Source of the DNA: Macrostomum hystrix
Taxonomy: Eukaryota > Animalia > Platyhelminthes
Length of the DNA: 64,000 bases
Direction of reading: 5' to 3'
Assembly (NCBI GenBank): GCA_950097015.1
Contig: CATNEN010000024.1
Coordinates: 2,418,001 to 2,482,000, forward strand
The notes under the pieces are model-generated. The model worked only from the letters and a program-made list of their open reading frames with translations. It was not told the DNA's origin and made no database searches. This document shows, piece after piece, positions 48,197 through 59,239 of the stretch (its first letter is position 1; each line of letters begins with the position of its first letter). Both the position numbers and the translations under genes were made by a program.

Positions 48197-48574
48197 CCCG
48201 ATACGTACCAACCCAGATGATTGTAGTGTTTGGCAGCGGGTTCGAACCCATGACGCTCCTCCATTCGGCTTTCTAATACATTTTGCTTGCTTTTTTGTCT
48301 TTAAGCGCTCTGTCTGTACATATTGATTGATTGATTGTAAACCTTTTTTAACGCTTGACGCTATATTATACTTGTATTCTTTACACTGAAGTCAATGCTA
48401 AGTTATTTCCGCTTCCAAAGCGGATTTCTGGTCTATAATGTTGTTTTTCCAATTATGAAAAAACTCACTCACATGCCACAATACAACTCACTCAATTACC
48501 ACAAAAAAATCACCCCACCCCACATTAGAAGTCACCCTCGCGGGTATGTACGAGTTGTGACAGGGACAAGAAGA

Positions 48575-49320
48575 TGTGAGTGAGTTGTATTGTGGTATGT
48601 GAGTGAGTTGTATTGTGGTATGTGAGTGAGTTGTATTGTGGTATGTGAGTGAGTTGTATTGTGGTATGTGAGTGAGTTGTATTGTGGGATGTGAGTGAGT
48701 TGTATTGTGGTATGTGAGTGAGTTGTATTGTGGTATGTGAGTGAGTTGTATTGTGGTATGTGAGTGAGTTGTATTGTGGTATGTGAGTGAGTTGTATTGT
48801 GGTATGTGAGTGAGTTGTATTGTGGTATGTGAGTGAGTTGTATTGTGGGATGTGAGTGAGTTGTATTGTGGTATGTGAGTGAGTTGTATTGTGGTATGTG
48901 AGTGAGTTGTACTATGGTATGTGAGTGAGTTGTATTGTGGTATGTGAGTGAGTTGTATTGTGGTATGTGAGTGATTTGTATTGTGGTATGTGAGTGATTT
49001 GTATTGTGGGATGTGAGTGAGTTGTATTGTGGTATGTGAGTGAGTTGTATTGTGGTATGTGAGTGAGTTGTATTGTGGGATGTGAGTGAGTTGTATTGTG
49101 GTATGTGAGTGAGTTGTATTGTGGGATGTGAGTGAGTTGTATTGTGGTATGTGAGTGAGTTGTATTGTGGGATGTGAGTGAGTTGTATTGTGGTATGTGA
49201 GTGAGTTGTATTGTGGGATGTGAGTGAGTTGTATTGTGGTATGTGAGTGAGTTGTATTGTGGTATTTGAGTGATTTGTATTGTGGGATGTGAGTGAGTTG
49301 TATTGTGGGATGTGAGTTAA
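48575..49320. repeat. 23-bp minisatellite (GTGAGTGAGTTGTATTGTGGKAT), ~32 copies, ending ~30 nt before paralog 2
   Basis: Direct tandem periodicity. Confidence 0.95.
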
Positions 49321-49349
49321 GTGACTCCATCTCAAATGTCACCTTGCAG

Positions 49350-52300
49350 ATGGTATTGTCTGCCACAATCACAGCAGCATTGGGCTTAATCACTAGCTTA
49401 ATAAGCCTGTGTTCGGCCAATTTCACCATCTATCCATTGCTGGAGGAAGCCGGCTGTCCTTGGTCTGATTGGCAATGCAGGACAGAAAAAGCCGTGCCTT
49501 ATCCGAACTGCATTCTCTATCAAGAAAAGAACTGCTCAACGGAACCCTATCTACAGAAAGTTTACAGTGCAACTCAACAGACACTCATGGGTGTGCTATG
49601 CTCCTTCACTTTTACTCAAAAAGTTTGCCGTTCTAAGCCGAGCTACTCAACCAGTAGCAAGATCGGGCCGCAGTGGTGCCAGTGGCTGCCCTGGATGCAT
49701 TGGCGCTACGCCTGCGTGGATGCTGTGATGGAGGAATACCCGTGGCTAGCTGAGTTCTTCACAAATTTTACAAGTGAGCCCGTTATAATAGAGGACAGTT
49801 ATTTGATTGTTGTCAGCAGTAATAGCTAGTTAGACCCAAGGGGCCCGTACTACGAGTATAAAGCGTTCGTACGCTCCGTCGTGAGCTCTATCTTACGCAC
49901 GACAGTTAGTAACCGTCTCAGAGCGTTGTTAAGTGCGTTCGTTGAAACTTTCGTAGATACGTCTTAACTTACGCAGTGGCTACGATCAAGCTTAAGTATT
50001 GGTGCCTGAGAATTCACAACCGCCAGCGAAACTTTTTCCACTCATTATTACATTTGTTTTTAGATGCAGGATGTTGTTCACGAATTATTAATTCGTAAAG
50101 TAAATACTTAATGAACCAAAACGTAGAGTCAAATGCACATTTCCATGAAGAAACATTTGACTTTGCCACGATCAACCACTGCCATCGATCCTTTTCACCG
50201 ACAGTACGGTCGTATTTAACAATGTTAAGCAAGCAATAAAATATATCCGAAAACTGGGTTTCGGTGTCTTTTATCGAGGTCTTATATTATTATCGAGATG
50301 AGACAATGAAATGTTATGCACTGTTTATCTATCCATAAAATTAAGATGCTTATCGCTCGACCGCTTCTTCCTTTTCATCGCTAGTATTTCCTGCTCGATG
50401 CCTTGATGTTCTCTGTCGATCTGCAGCCTCTCCCTCTCAACGCACAATCGCTTGTTTTCAACATCCAGTCAAGCTTCATCCACACAAATTCGGTTTTTTC
50501 CAACGCTTCAATAGTCACAAGGTTGCTTTGCCTGGGCCGAAACTTGCTATTCCTCGCACGCGTGGCAGCAGACTCTTCCATGTCTTCATCATCTGCCGTC
50601 TCGTACTCAGGTGACTCACTTCTGCCTAGCTGCTTTTGCTTCATCAGGCTTATTGGCAGGAGGCGTGCAGACAGTATTAACACATACAAACATCGAGCTT
50701 GACGACGCAGCCTGGACCTTGGTTAGAGGCAGCTGCAGCGTGTCTACACCAGATGGTACGCCTTCGACGGCTTGTTTTCGAACAGACTGCGCCGCCTTCT
50801 CCTCGAAGCTCGACAACTGCAGAGCCTGCGATGGACCACCTCCAGTCTTATATTTTGTTTTTTTTGCGGTTGATGGCGACCTTGTGCTTCAGCTGGCTTT
50901 TGAAGTCGGACCAGTCGGATCTGCTCTCCAGATCGTCCTTGTCCGTCGACCGCATTGACGATATCGGCGATCTGCTGCCATCCGCGCTTTTTGCGTAGAT
51001 TAGCTTCAACTGTATTTGCGGAGCTTTCTAGATAGCTTTTGCGCATCGGTCACTGCCTCCTGAAGTGCTTCAAGCTCTGCGATTGACCAATTGGCCGCGC
51101 GTCTTTGTGCTGCGTTAGAATTCATCGCATAATATAAATATCTGCGAGTACGATCAGGACAGCAACTTCTCCTCTATCAGTCGCCGCTTTATACTCGTAT
51201 TGTCGCTAAATTCCAAAAAAATGGTTGAGGCTGTTTACAACCTTTGGCGGCGAGTTCAATGAAGCCAACCAACGTCGATTATCAGTCGGTCGAAGGTTGC
51301 CCCTTCGGTCGACAGATTAAGTTTAAATCTTTGCTTTGGTTCAACTGTAGTTGCGTAACAGCCTCAAGAGTTGTGGCCGATGTTTGCAAGCTGCTTCAGG
51401 ATATGGCACCTGTTTTTATTTCATTTCCAAGCAATCAACAGGCGGCAGCAGCTTCAGCATGTGCTTTCTTGAATGCCGGAGTGGCACAAGGTGCTCGGAG
51501 CCATCGACTGTACGCACATCCGCATCCGGCGCCCAATCGACGATGGTGAAATTTTTATCAACAGAAGGGGTTTCCACTCGATCAATGTTCAGGCAGTGCG
51601 CTGTGCCAGTCTCGCATTTAAGAACGTCGTCGCACGCTTGGCCCGGCAGTAAGCCCGGCAGTAGATGCAGGCTATCCTCTCCAACCATTTCTGATGACAC
51701 CGTTTAGAGACCCACAAACGAATTCGGAGCAAAATTTCAACCGGCGACTGAGGAGAACGCGCGTGACAATCGAAAGGGCGTTCGGCGTTTTGAAAGCGAG
51801 ATTTTGGTGCCTTGATCACAGCGGAGGAGCTCTGTAGTTAAATCCTAACAAAGTGTGCAGCATTATTGTTGCATGCTGCGTGCTACAGAATTTTGCTTTG
51901 ACGAGAGCAGTTCCACTCCCACCTGAGCCTCAGCCGCTGGTCATGGAAGTGACTGAAGAAAATGAAGCCGCACCAGCTTAAGACACTGCTGCTAGTCGAG
52001 CAGAAAGACAGTGAATCATGCAGCTGCTGCCACTGTGATTGGACAGGGATTTTTCTTTTACTTTTCTTACGACTAAATATGAGACCTTTACAATAGGTTA
52101 TCTGCTCTACGAGTAATTAGTAATCTATGTGATGAAGTATAACCTCTAAATATACAATGGCCGTGTCTTTTACATTGCTAAGGCGAGACTTACGGCAGCT
52201 CCGATCTATCTTAGATTTATGGCGGAACTTAAGGAGCCGGATTGACTTACGAAAGTTTCACCTAATGCTAAATTACGCGTCCGCGATGACTTAAAAAGCT

Positions 52301-53713
52301 TCTGAAATCTAAGAACGATCTCAAGATACGAGTGTACGATGGCTTCACTGAACATTTTACGACACGGCGCCAACGTAAGTTGGAACTTAGAGATACGCAA
52401 GCCTTATAGAACGGGCCCAAGGTCCACTAGAAGAAGAAGGACGGAACGCTTCGTTTTTTACGAAATGTATTAAAGGCAGATTTTTACGGAAAAATGCACT
52501 AGCGAGATTGGAACTTTTTACTTTTTTTACATTAAAATGTAGATAAATTTTAATTGGAAGCAGATCCAATGCTGTTCATGGTGTTTCTAGTGGCCTAATT
52601 TCACTTGTTATAGCCCTTGAAGGTCACGCAGTTGGTCTAGATAAAGGTAGGTGACCACCGAAGACGGAGAATATGCAGTCACATTCGGGTGAAATACTGA
52701 TAAATTTTATAGGGGTGTATTTTATATTGCTCCTATAGGAAAAATCAGATTTTCGGCCAAAAACATTGAATATCTCGACGGTCGAAAGAGCTGGCAACTT
52801 GATTCTTGTTTCAGAAGATGCGCAAAAAAGTTGGCCCGTGTTCTTGAGTTTCGTTTGCTTGCTTTACACTGTTCTGTGCAGCACAAAAAATTTTCATGGG
52901 AAGGAGAAATCCCCCTTGGTAGTTCTATTGTTAAGCCACTTGTCTAGAAAGTAAATTTAGAATCGATTATAAATTTCCAATTCTAACAAATCTCGCAGAG
53001 CGGCAGCAGAATGGCGCAATCTGGCTGAAAATGCGCAGCCGAACCTGCGCCTGTCCCGGCCAGTACAATGTCCCCTGCACCGGGTTCGGCCTGCAGGCGG
53101 CCTTATCGCCGGAGCTTGACGAGTTGGAAGCTCGGCAACTCTCGGCCAACCGTCTGTCGGCCTGGTGCCCCTGGTCCGCCTGGTCCAGCAACTGCGACTG
53201 CTCCTCCGAGTATTTGAAGTCGTCTTCTGCTGCGCCAGTCCGTGAACGCAGCCGCGTCTGCCTGTCCAGTACTGTGTCTACCACGCCCTGCCTCGGCTCC
53301 AGCAGCGACCGACAGTCGTGCCGCTGCGATAGGACTTCGCCTCCAAGTGGCATAAGAAACATTAGCTTCAGGTCTATCATTGTCAAAGTGATCGCTCTGG
53401 CTGTCGTGATTCTCATTGTCTGTGTAGTTTTGCGCAGCTTCAAGCAGCGCCGAAATCAGGAGTGAGTGTGTGCCATATTTTTGTATTGTCTTTATTCATA
53501 AGCTTTCTTTTATCATAGCTTTGCTTTATATTTTTATCCAACAGGCTACAGGAGCAGCAGCCTGAGCAGCAATTTGAGCAGCTATTGCCTGCCGTTTCAA
53601 TCCAACCAGCTAATCCAACCGCTCCCGTCAATGACGAAAGCTCGCTGACTTCGCCGCCGCAGCCGCCGCCTCCGTCCTACGAGGAGGCGATTAAACTGGC
53701 GGCCAGACAATGA
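49350..53713 (+). CDS. TSP1-like/TM/PPxY receptor paralog 2 (351 aa); exons 49350-49773, 52999-53461, 53545-53713
   Basis: Same motifs and intron phases as paralog 1 (GCPWSDWQC...KNCSTEP...QWCQWLPWMHWRYAC | WLKMRSRTC...WCPWSAWSSNCDC...RERSRVC; TM IIVKVIALAVVILIVCVVL; PPPPSYEEAIK); total 1056 nt in frame. Confidence 0.85.
50382..51125 (-). pseudogene. Harbinger Myb/SANT-like DNA-binding protein, frameshifted
   Basis: Across frames: RRAANWSIAELEAL...RKKRGWQQIADIVNAVD...EQI...WSDFKSQLK...KTGGGPS...FEEK...VEGVPSGVDT. Confidence 0.75.
51340..52015 (+). pseudogene. Harbinger (HARBI1-like) DDE nuclease fragments, deleted and frameshifted
   Basis: VLGAIDCTHIRIRRP...FINRRGFHSINVQAV and DAGYPLQPFLMTPF...FNRRL..TRVTIERAFGVLKARFWCLDHSGGAL*...IIVACCVLQN; the N-terminal half is missing. 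Confidence 0.85.
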
Positions 53714-53724
53714 AAATGGCGGCG

Positions 53725-53850
53725 TGTAATTCTGACTGGGAGGTCGCGAGTTCGAATCTCAGCCTAACGGATGCAATTTGTGTACTTAAAAGATTCAGTT
53801 CATGCAGCTATCAAATGGGTATCAACATTAGCTGGAGTAGAATTTGGGTT
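53725..53850 (+). mobile_element. Degenerate SINE family 1 copy immediately 3' of the paralog 2 stop
   Basis: GAGGTCGCGAGTTCGAATCTC (B box) followed by AATTTGTGT...CAGCTATCAAATGGGTATCAACATTAGCTGG, similar to 37700-38018 and 57475-57630. Confidence 0.55.
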
Positions 53851-54361
53851 AGTGTCAAGTTGTGTCCACGGACATAATAGATGTACAAAGCCTTTGGAGG
53901 CGTCATGTTTACAATACTATGTATATCAATGTATGAATAGATGTAAAAATGCTTCGCTAGGGTCGTTTCTATCTATTAATACTGATTAACGATTTCCGGT
54001 GCAATACGTGATTGGCACTCACTACCTCGCTTCTTGTGTGCTAATTTATCCCACAATGGCTGCTGGCCCAATATTTTGCATTACTACACCACTTTGTTCC
54101 CTCTCATTTAGCTATAGTTTATGATTGCTATTGCTGCTGTAATCCTCACTTAACTTAGTTTCTTATCCGAGACAATTTTCGGCACGACAATTTCGTGCGC
54201 TGCCCGGCCTAACCCTGATAATAATCTATAAACATTTTGTCGTTAGTGTCGAATCATTCGCGGAATACATTTTACCTTTTATGTAACCTTCAGTTGAATA
54301 TACACTGACTAATCTCTATTTACTTACATTTTTAACTTGTTATTGCAACAAAATTACATTA

Positions 54362-54675
54362 TTCAGCGGTTAACGCGTTTGTCTCTCGCACCAAGGTCCC
54401 TGAGCTCGATTCCGCGGCGAGGCCACACTCATTTTAGGCGCAGCCGCGGAGAGAAGGCTTGGGGGCTTGTCGTGCAATTTACGCCCTTGAAGACCAACCT
54501 CCCAAGGTACAGTGAAAGTGTACACTGCCTGACGATGAGAAAGTCTGGGCAGATGTACACACCTGTGCGATAGTGTGCCTGCGTATAGTGTGCGTGTGTG
54601 CTCAGGAGTCTGCGGGATGGGCAGAATTGCCTGGCTGGGGATCTAGTGTCACCAATTGCAAATAATGCCCATTTT
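54362..54675 (+). mobile_element. tRNA-derived SINE family 2, near full-length copy
   Basis: A-box-like AGCGGTTAACGC and B-box-like GAGCTCGATTCC; the body is shared with the copies at 46830-47046 and 47735-47880. Confidence 0.72.
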
Positions 54676-54924
54676 TATGTGCAGCGTTATAATATTATGT
54701 CAGAGATTTTAAGCCGGCATCTGCTTCTTGTACTTATTATACGCATCAACAATTTTTTAAATAAAAATCTACAAGAGTCATCAGGAGTAATAACTATACC
54801 CTAATATAAAAAATTCGATATATAATATCGTGTCATCTTATTAATACTTTGGCTTGGGCGATGTATTACATACCGTAGCTCAAATAGAAGATTGTATTTA
54901 CACCATCTGATTCTCTATTTCCAG

Positions 54925-57900
54925 ATGAATCTGCTGTCACAGGTCCTTCGGCTCTGCCTACTATTGAGTCCTGTCTGCTCAGCTAACGATGTGACCATTT
55001 TTCCCATACTGAGTGAGTCCACAGGCTGCCAGTGGTCCGCATGGCGCTGCCGACAAGACACCAAGCTGCAGCCAGCCTGCATTACTTACAGAGAGAAGAA
55101 CTGCTCGACTGAGCCGTACGAGATAGACCAATTAGATGCAGTTCGTGAGTACATTGCCGCAGTGTCGTGCAGCTCAGCGACTCCCGCTAAGCAGATAAGC
55201 AGATCCCGCGACTGCTTATCAGAGCCCAGATACACCATGGATGCCAGCTTGGATCCGCAGTGGTGCCCTTGGCAGGACTGGCAGCCGTGGGCTTACGCCT
55301 GCGTTGCTACCGTGGCTGAGCAGCACTCTTGGCTAGCTGAGTCTTTGTCCAACTATAGCAGTGAGTTTTTCTTTGTGAAACCAATTATCAATTATTGCTT
55401 ATGCATACCTAAGCGCTGCGGCTGAACTGTTAGCAGTCTCAATTGTCTGTCCTTGTATATATGAGGCGTCACTGCATGCTTGAAATTCAATGAGTTTGGT
55501 GCCATTGGAAAGCGGAAAGTTTCATCTTTAAATTGACTGCTGAAATATGACCAAATTCGAACTATTCAACAAGTTACAACTAGAAACATAGAACAAGGTC
55601 CGCCATAGAGTTACAATGAAATCCACAAGACGCAACAGGTCAGCAGGAGTTCCGCAATTAGCATGCATCATCATCATCTGGAAGGGAAGTTTTTTTCAAC
55701 TTAGTTACCACCAGAAATCACAAACTTTTGCCAGCGACTGATCAAGCCATCAATCGCATCTGCGTAGACCTGTCCCGTAATCCCGTGAACGAGGATTCGG
55801 CGAACTTCCTGCTCCAGGTGATCACGGTTGGTGTGGACATGGCCTCTCAGATGGCGCTTCAGTTGTGGGAACAGGGCGAAGTCCGCAGGTGCCAGATGTA
55901 GTGAGTATGGAGGATGAGGAAGAACCTCGAACTTTAGCCTTTTAATCGCCTCCATTGTCTTTTGGGCAATATGCGGCTGGCCGTTGTCATGGTGCAGGAT
56001 GAAAGGCCTGACTTCTGAGCGCCGCTTGTTCTGGGTGTCCGCCCTCAGGCTGGCAAGAAGAGATGAATAACGGTCTACATTGATCGTCGATTTTGGTTCA
56101 AGGAAGTCAATGGTGATTGGGCCACTGCAGTCAAAGAACACTGACAGCATGGTCTTCTGAAAGTGTGTCTCACGCCTAGCCTTGACTGGCGGATAGGAAC
56201 CTCTGACTGCCCACACTTTTGACTCTTGCTTTGTCGGTGGGTCAAAATGTGGAACCCACGTCTCGTCACCAGTGACAATCAATTGGCGGAATAGATTCCA
56301 ACCACCACGCTGACTGACCAGATCCAGGTTGCCTTGGTAAGTCTGCTGGCGCTGCAGTCTTAGATCAGGCGTATGGAGCTTTGGGACCTTCACGAAGTCC
56401 ATGCTGGTCAGGCAGAGATGAATTGTTGATGTCGGGGCGTCAAGTCTATCCACCATCTCACGAATTGTCAGCCTGCTGTCTTCTTCTAGGAGGTCCAGAA
56501 TCCGGTCAGCCAAGGCTTCTGAACCTGGTGCCAATGGTCTTCCTGACCTGTGCAAGTCAGCCACATTTGTCCTCCCTGTCTCAAAATTTTCGATCCAGCG
56601 GTACACCGTCATGTGACTTATCGCTTCAGCTCCATGAATGCTGCGCAGATGACGGTGGATCTCCGACCCACTCTTTCCGATGCTCCACAAAGTGAATATG
56701 GCATGTCGCTGCCCTTCCTTGGAGTGCACATACATGATTTCCGTTTGTGCAGAAACTGCTCAGTCTTGACAGAAGCACTCAATTAAGTTTCTATATAGGC
56801 TCGTAGGTATTGTAATGTGGTGTCTGCATGCAAAGTGTCAGAGTTTGGATGGATTCGCCAGAGGTTTATGCAGAGAAATGCTTGTTGTCCTCGTCACCAG
56901 TGTCCTCGACAAGTATCGACAAGCTGAATATCTCGACGATGCTGACGTCGGACGGCTTCGAAAGCTAGTTCATCGTAAAGAGCGGAAAATCTCGATCAGT
57001 TTCATGAAAATGAGTCATTCGGTTTGTGAGCTATCGTGAAGGAGGCAGTGGGTATTTAAAATGCCACTCTTATGGCTATATTTCTATATATGGCTATATA
57101 GATGTCATACGCATGTCATTGGTCTTTCCCCAAGGGGAAAATACCGTACTCTTTCTACTGTCAAACGCCCGTAAAAGGGCCTCGACCTATCGGAATTGCT
57201 TACTGAGACAAAAATGTCTATGGCACAATTGCAGTAATGCGCATTTACGTAGGATTATCTTATACTTTCCACACGTGGGTAATATTTTATATGATCTATT
57301 CTCGGACTTGCTCAGTATTATAAGGATGCTATCTTTAGAACTCCTTGGGTGAAGCCATGCATGGAATTTTTCTAACTAGCATCTCTAGTTTCTAGCTAGA
57401 GAAATCTATGAAGTTGAAAAAATGCTCTTTTCCACTGAGTCCTAAGTTCTCGTTAAAGTGATCATGTTCTGATCAAGCCAGTGGTTAGAGCATCCGACTC
57501 ACGACTTCAAGGTCGGTGGTTCGATTCTCGACTCCGCTGGAACAATTTGTGTCCTTTAGCAAGACGCATTGCTTCATTTCACACAGCTGATAAATGGCTA
57601 CCAGCATAAGCTAGAGTCATCGAGGGTCGAATCACTTCAGTGGTGAAATCATTCATTATCATAATTATCACAGTAAATATTTCTGTAATATTGTGGCATT
57701 TCTACTACAAGTAGCTATTATAGTATTTTATGCAACACTTTTGGAAAAGTACGCTACTTTACCACTATAATTCAAAACTGCGTCTGGCATTGATTACTCA
57801 GAAAATCACGGCGACGCCATGTGGCTGCAGCTGCGAAGTCGAGACTGTCGTTGTCCCAACGGCCGATTAGAGATCGAGTGCTTCGGGCCCGGCTTTCAGG

Positions 57901-59192
57901 CCGCGTACGCGCCCCGAATCAACGAGTCCGAGGCGCTGCGATTGCCAACAAGCCGTCAGTCGGACTGGTGTCCGTGGACCGCCTGGTCCGGTGAGTGCTA
58001 CTGCCTGCCAAATTTGTCAAAACCAATGTTTCGCCAGCGCAGCCGCGTCTGCCGTTTCGGCACGTCTTCCAAAGCGCCCTGCCGCGGCGGCGGCGACTTT
58101 GACAGCGTCCAGTGCAACTGTAATGGGCCTTCTCGAAGCCGGCAGACTGACACTAAAACCATCGTTCTGGCCATCGCTGTGCCCGCTGGCGCGCTGATTA
58201 TTCTCTGTTCCGTGTTTTACTTTGGCCGAGCTAAGCGGCAGTGAGTAATTCTTTGAGAATAGCAGTGGGATAATTTGAAAGTAGAGAATAGCAGTGGGAT
58301 AATTTGAAAGTGGAGAATAGCATTGGGATAATTTGAAAGTGGGGAAATAGCAGTGGGATAATTTGAAAGTGGGGAAATAGCAGTGGGATAATTTGAAAGT
58401 GGAGAATAGCAGTGGGAGAATGTGAAAGTGGAGAATAGCAGTGGGATAATTTGAAAGTGGAGAATAGCAGTGGGATAATTTGAAAGTAGAGAATAGCAGT
58501 GGGATAATTTGAAAGTGGAGAAATAGCAGTGGGATAATTTGAAAGTGGAGAAATAGCAGTGGGATAATTTGAAAGTGGAGAATAGCAGTGGGATAATTTG
58601 AAAGTGGAGAAATAGCAGTGGGATAATTTGAAAGTGGAGAATAGCAGTGGGATAATTTGAAAGTGGAGAATAGCAGTGGGATAATTTGAAAGTGGAGAAT
58701 AGCAGTGGGATAATTTGAAAGTGGAGAAATAGCAGTGGGATAATTTGAAAGTAGAGAATAGCAGTGGGATAATTTGAAAGTGGAGAATAGCAGTGGGATA
58801 ATTTGAAAGTGGAGAATAGCAGTGGGATAATTTGAAAGTGGAGAATAGCAGTGGGATAATTTGAAAGTGGAGAATAGCAGTGGGGTTTGGGAATAGGTGG
58901 GCATTATTTAGAAGTATCAATAAAATGGTTGATATACCCTGTATATTTTAACTTGAGTTAAAGACTGGCTGATAAGACTTTTAAGTATAATTACATGATT
59001 TTATTACATAAAATGGTTTTATATTATTATAAGATCATGTAAAACTCATTTATTAGGAACCAGCAGCAGCAGCAACAGCAGCAACAACTCCTGCAAGTTG
59101 CAGTGCAGCAGCCGGTTAGTCCGGGCCCCGGTGACGGGCCAGTTAGTCAGCCGCCGCCATCCTATGAGGAGGTCTCAAAACAGACGGTCTGA
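54925..59192 (+). CDS. TSP1-like/TM/PPxY receptor paralog 3 (336 aa); exons 54925-55360, 57802-58240, 59057-59192
   Basis: Same motifs and phases (GCQWSAWRC...KNCSTEP...QWCPWQDWQPWAYAC | WLQLRSRDC...WCPWTAWSGECYC...RQRSRVC; TM IVLAIAVPAGALIILCSVFYF; polyQ; PPPSYEE); total 1011 nt in frame. Confidence 0.85.
55690..56805 (-). mobile_element. Mariner element (D,D34D transposase, 344-aa ORF 55701-56735), 3' end truncated, in intron 1 of paralog 3
   Basis: HTH region with VYRW and RSGRP; IVTGDETWV; LHHDNGQPH-34-D in YS..LAPAD. 5' TIR-like TACGAGCCTATATAGAAAC ends at 56805. A nonsense codon replaces Y in GN*VEK; no 3' TIR found. Confidence 0.88.
57475..57630 (+). mobile_element. SINE family 1 copy (tRNA head + CORE-like)
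   Basis: AGTGGTTAGAGC (A box), GGTTCGATTCTC (B box), then GGAACAATTTGTGTCCTTTAGCAAGAC...CAGCTGATAAATGGCTACCAGCA, aligning with the reverse complement of 37880-38018. Confidence 0.72.
58250..58885. repeat. 29/30-bp minisatellite (GTGGGATAATTTGAAAGTGGAGAATAGCA), ~21 copies, in intron 2 of paralog 3
   Basis: Direct tandem periodicity. Confidence 0.94.
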
Positions 59193-59239
59193 GTGCTGCC
59201 TGTGACTTAAGCTTGTTTTTGTATCAATGACTCAACTAA

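Larger units (their letters stand above)
49841..52418. mobile_element. Degenerate PIF/Harbinger DNA transposon (2578 bp) in intron 1 of paralog 2
   Basis: TIRs GGGCCCGTACTACGAG (49841) and CTTATAGAACGGGCCC (ends 52418); 3-bp TSD AAG; carries Myb/SANT-like and HARBI1-like nuclease pseudogenes head to head. Confidence 0.85.

Noticed and set aside
54520-54565. Hammerhead ribozyme-like CTGACGA...GAAA in SINE family 2
   Set aside because: Only 3 nt lie between CUGACGA and GAAA (no stem II), no stem III can form, and the core is not kept in the other copies.
55460-57470. Possible larger inverted-repeat element enclosing the mariner
   Set aside because: Only patchy similarity between 55490-55590 and the reverse complement of 57375-57445; no clear TIR or TSD.
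57475-57545. Possible tRNA genes (also near 37950-38018, 53730, 54365, 29600, 48235)
   Set aside because: A/B boxes are present but there is no complete cloverleaf, and most continue into shared SINE bodies.
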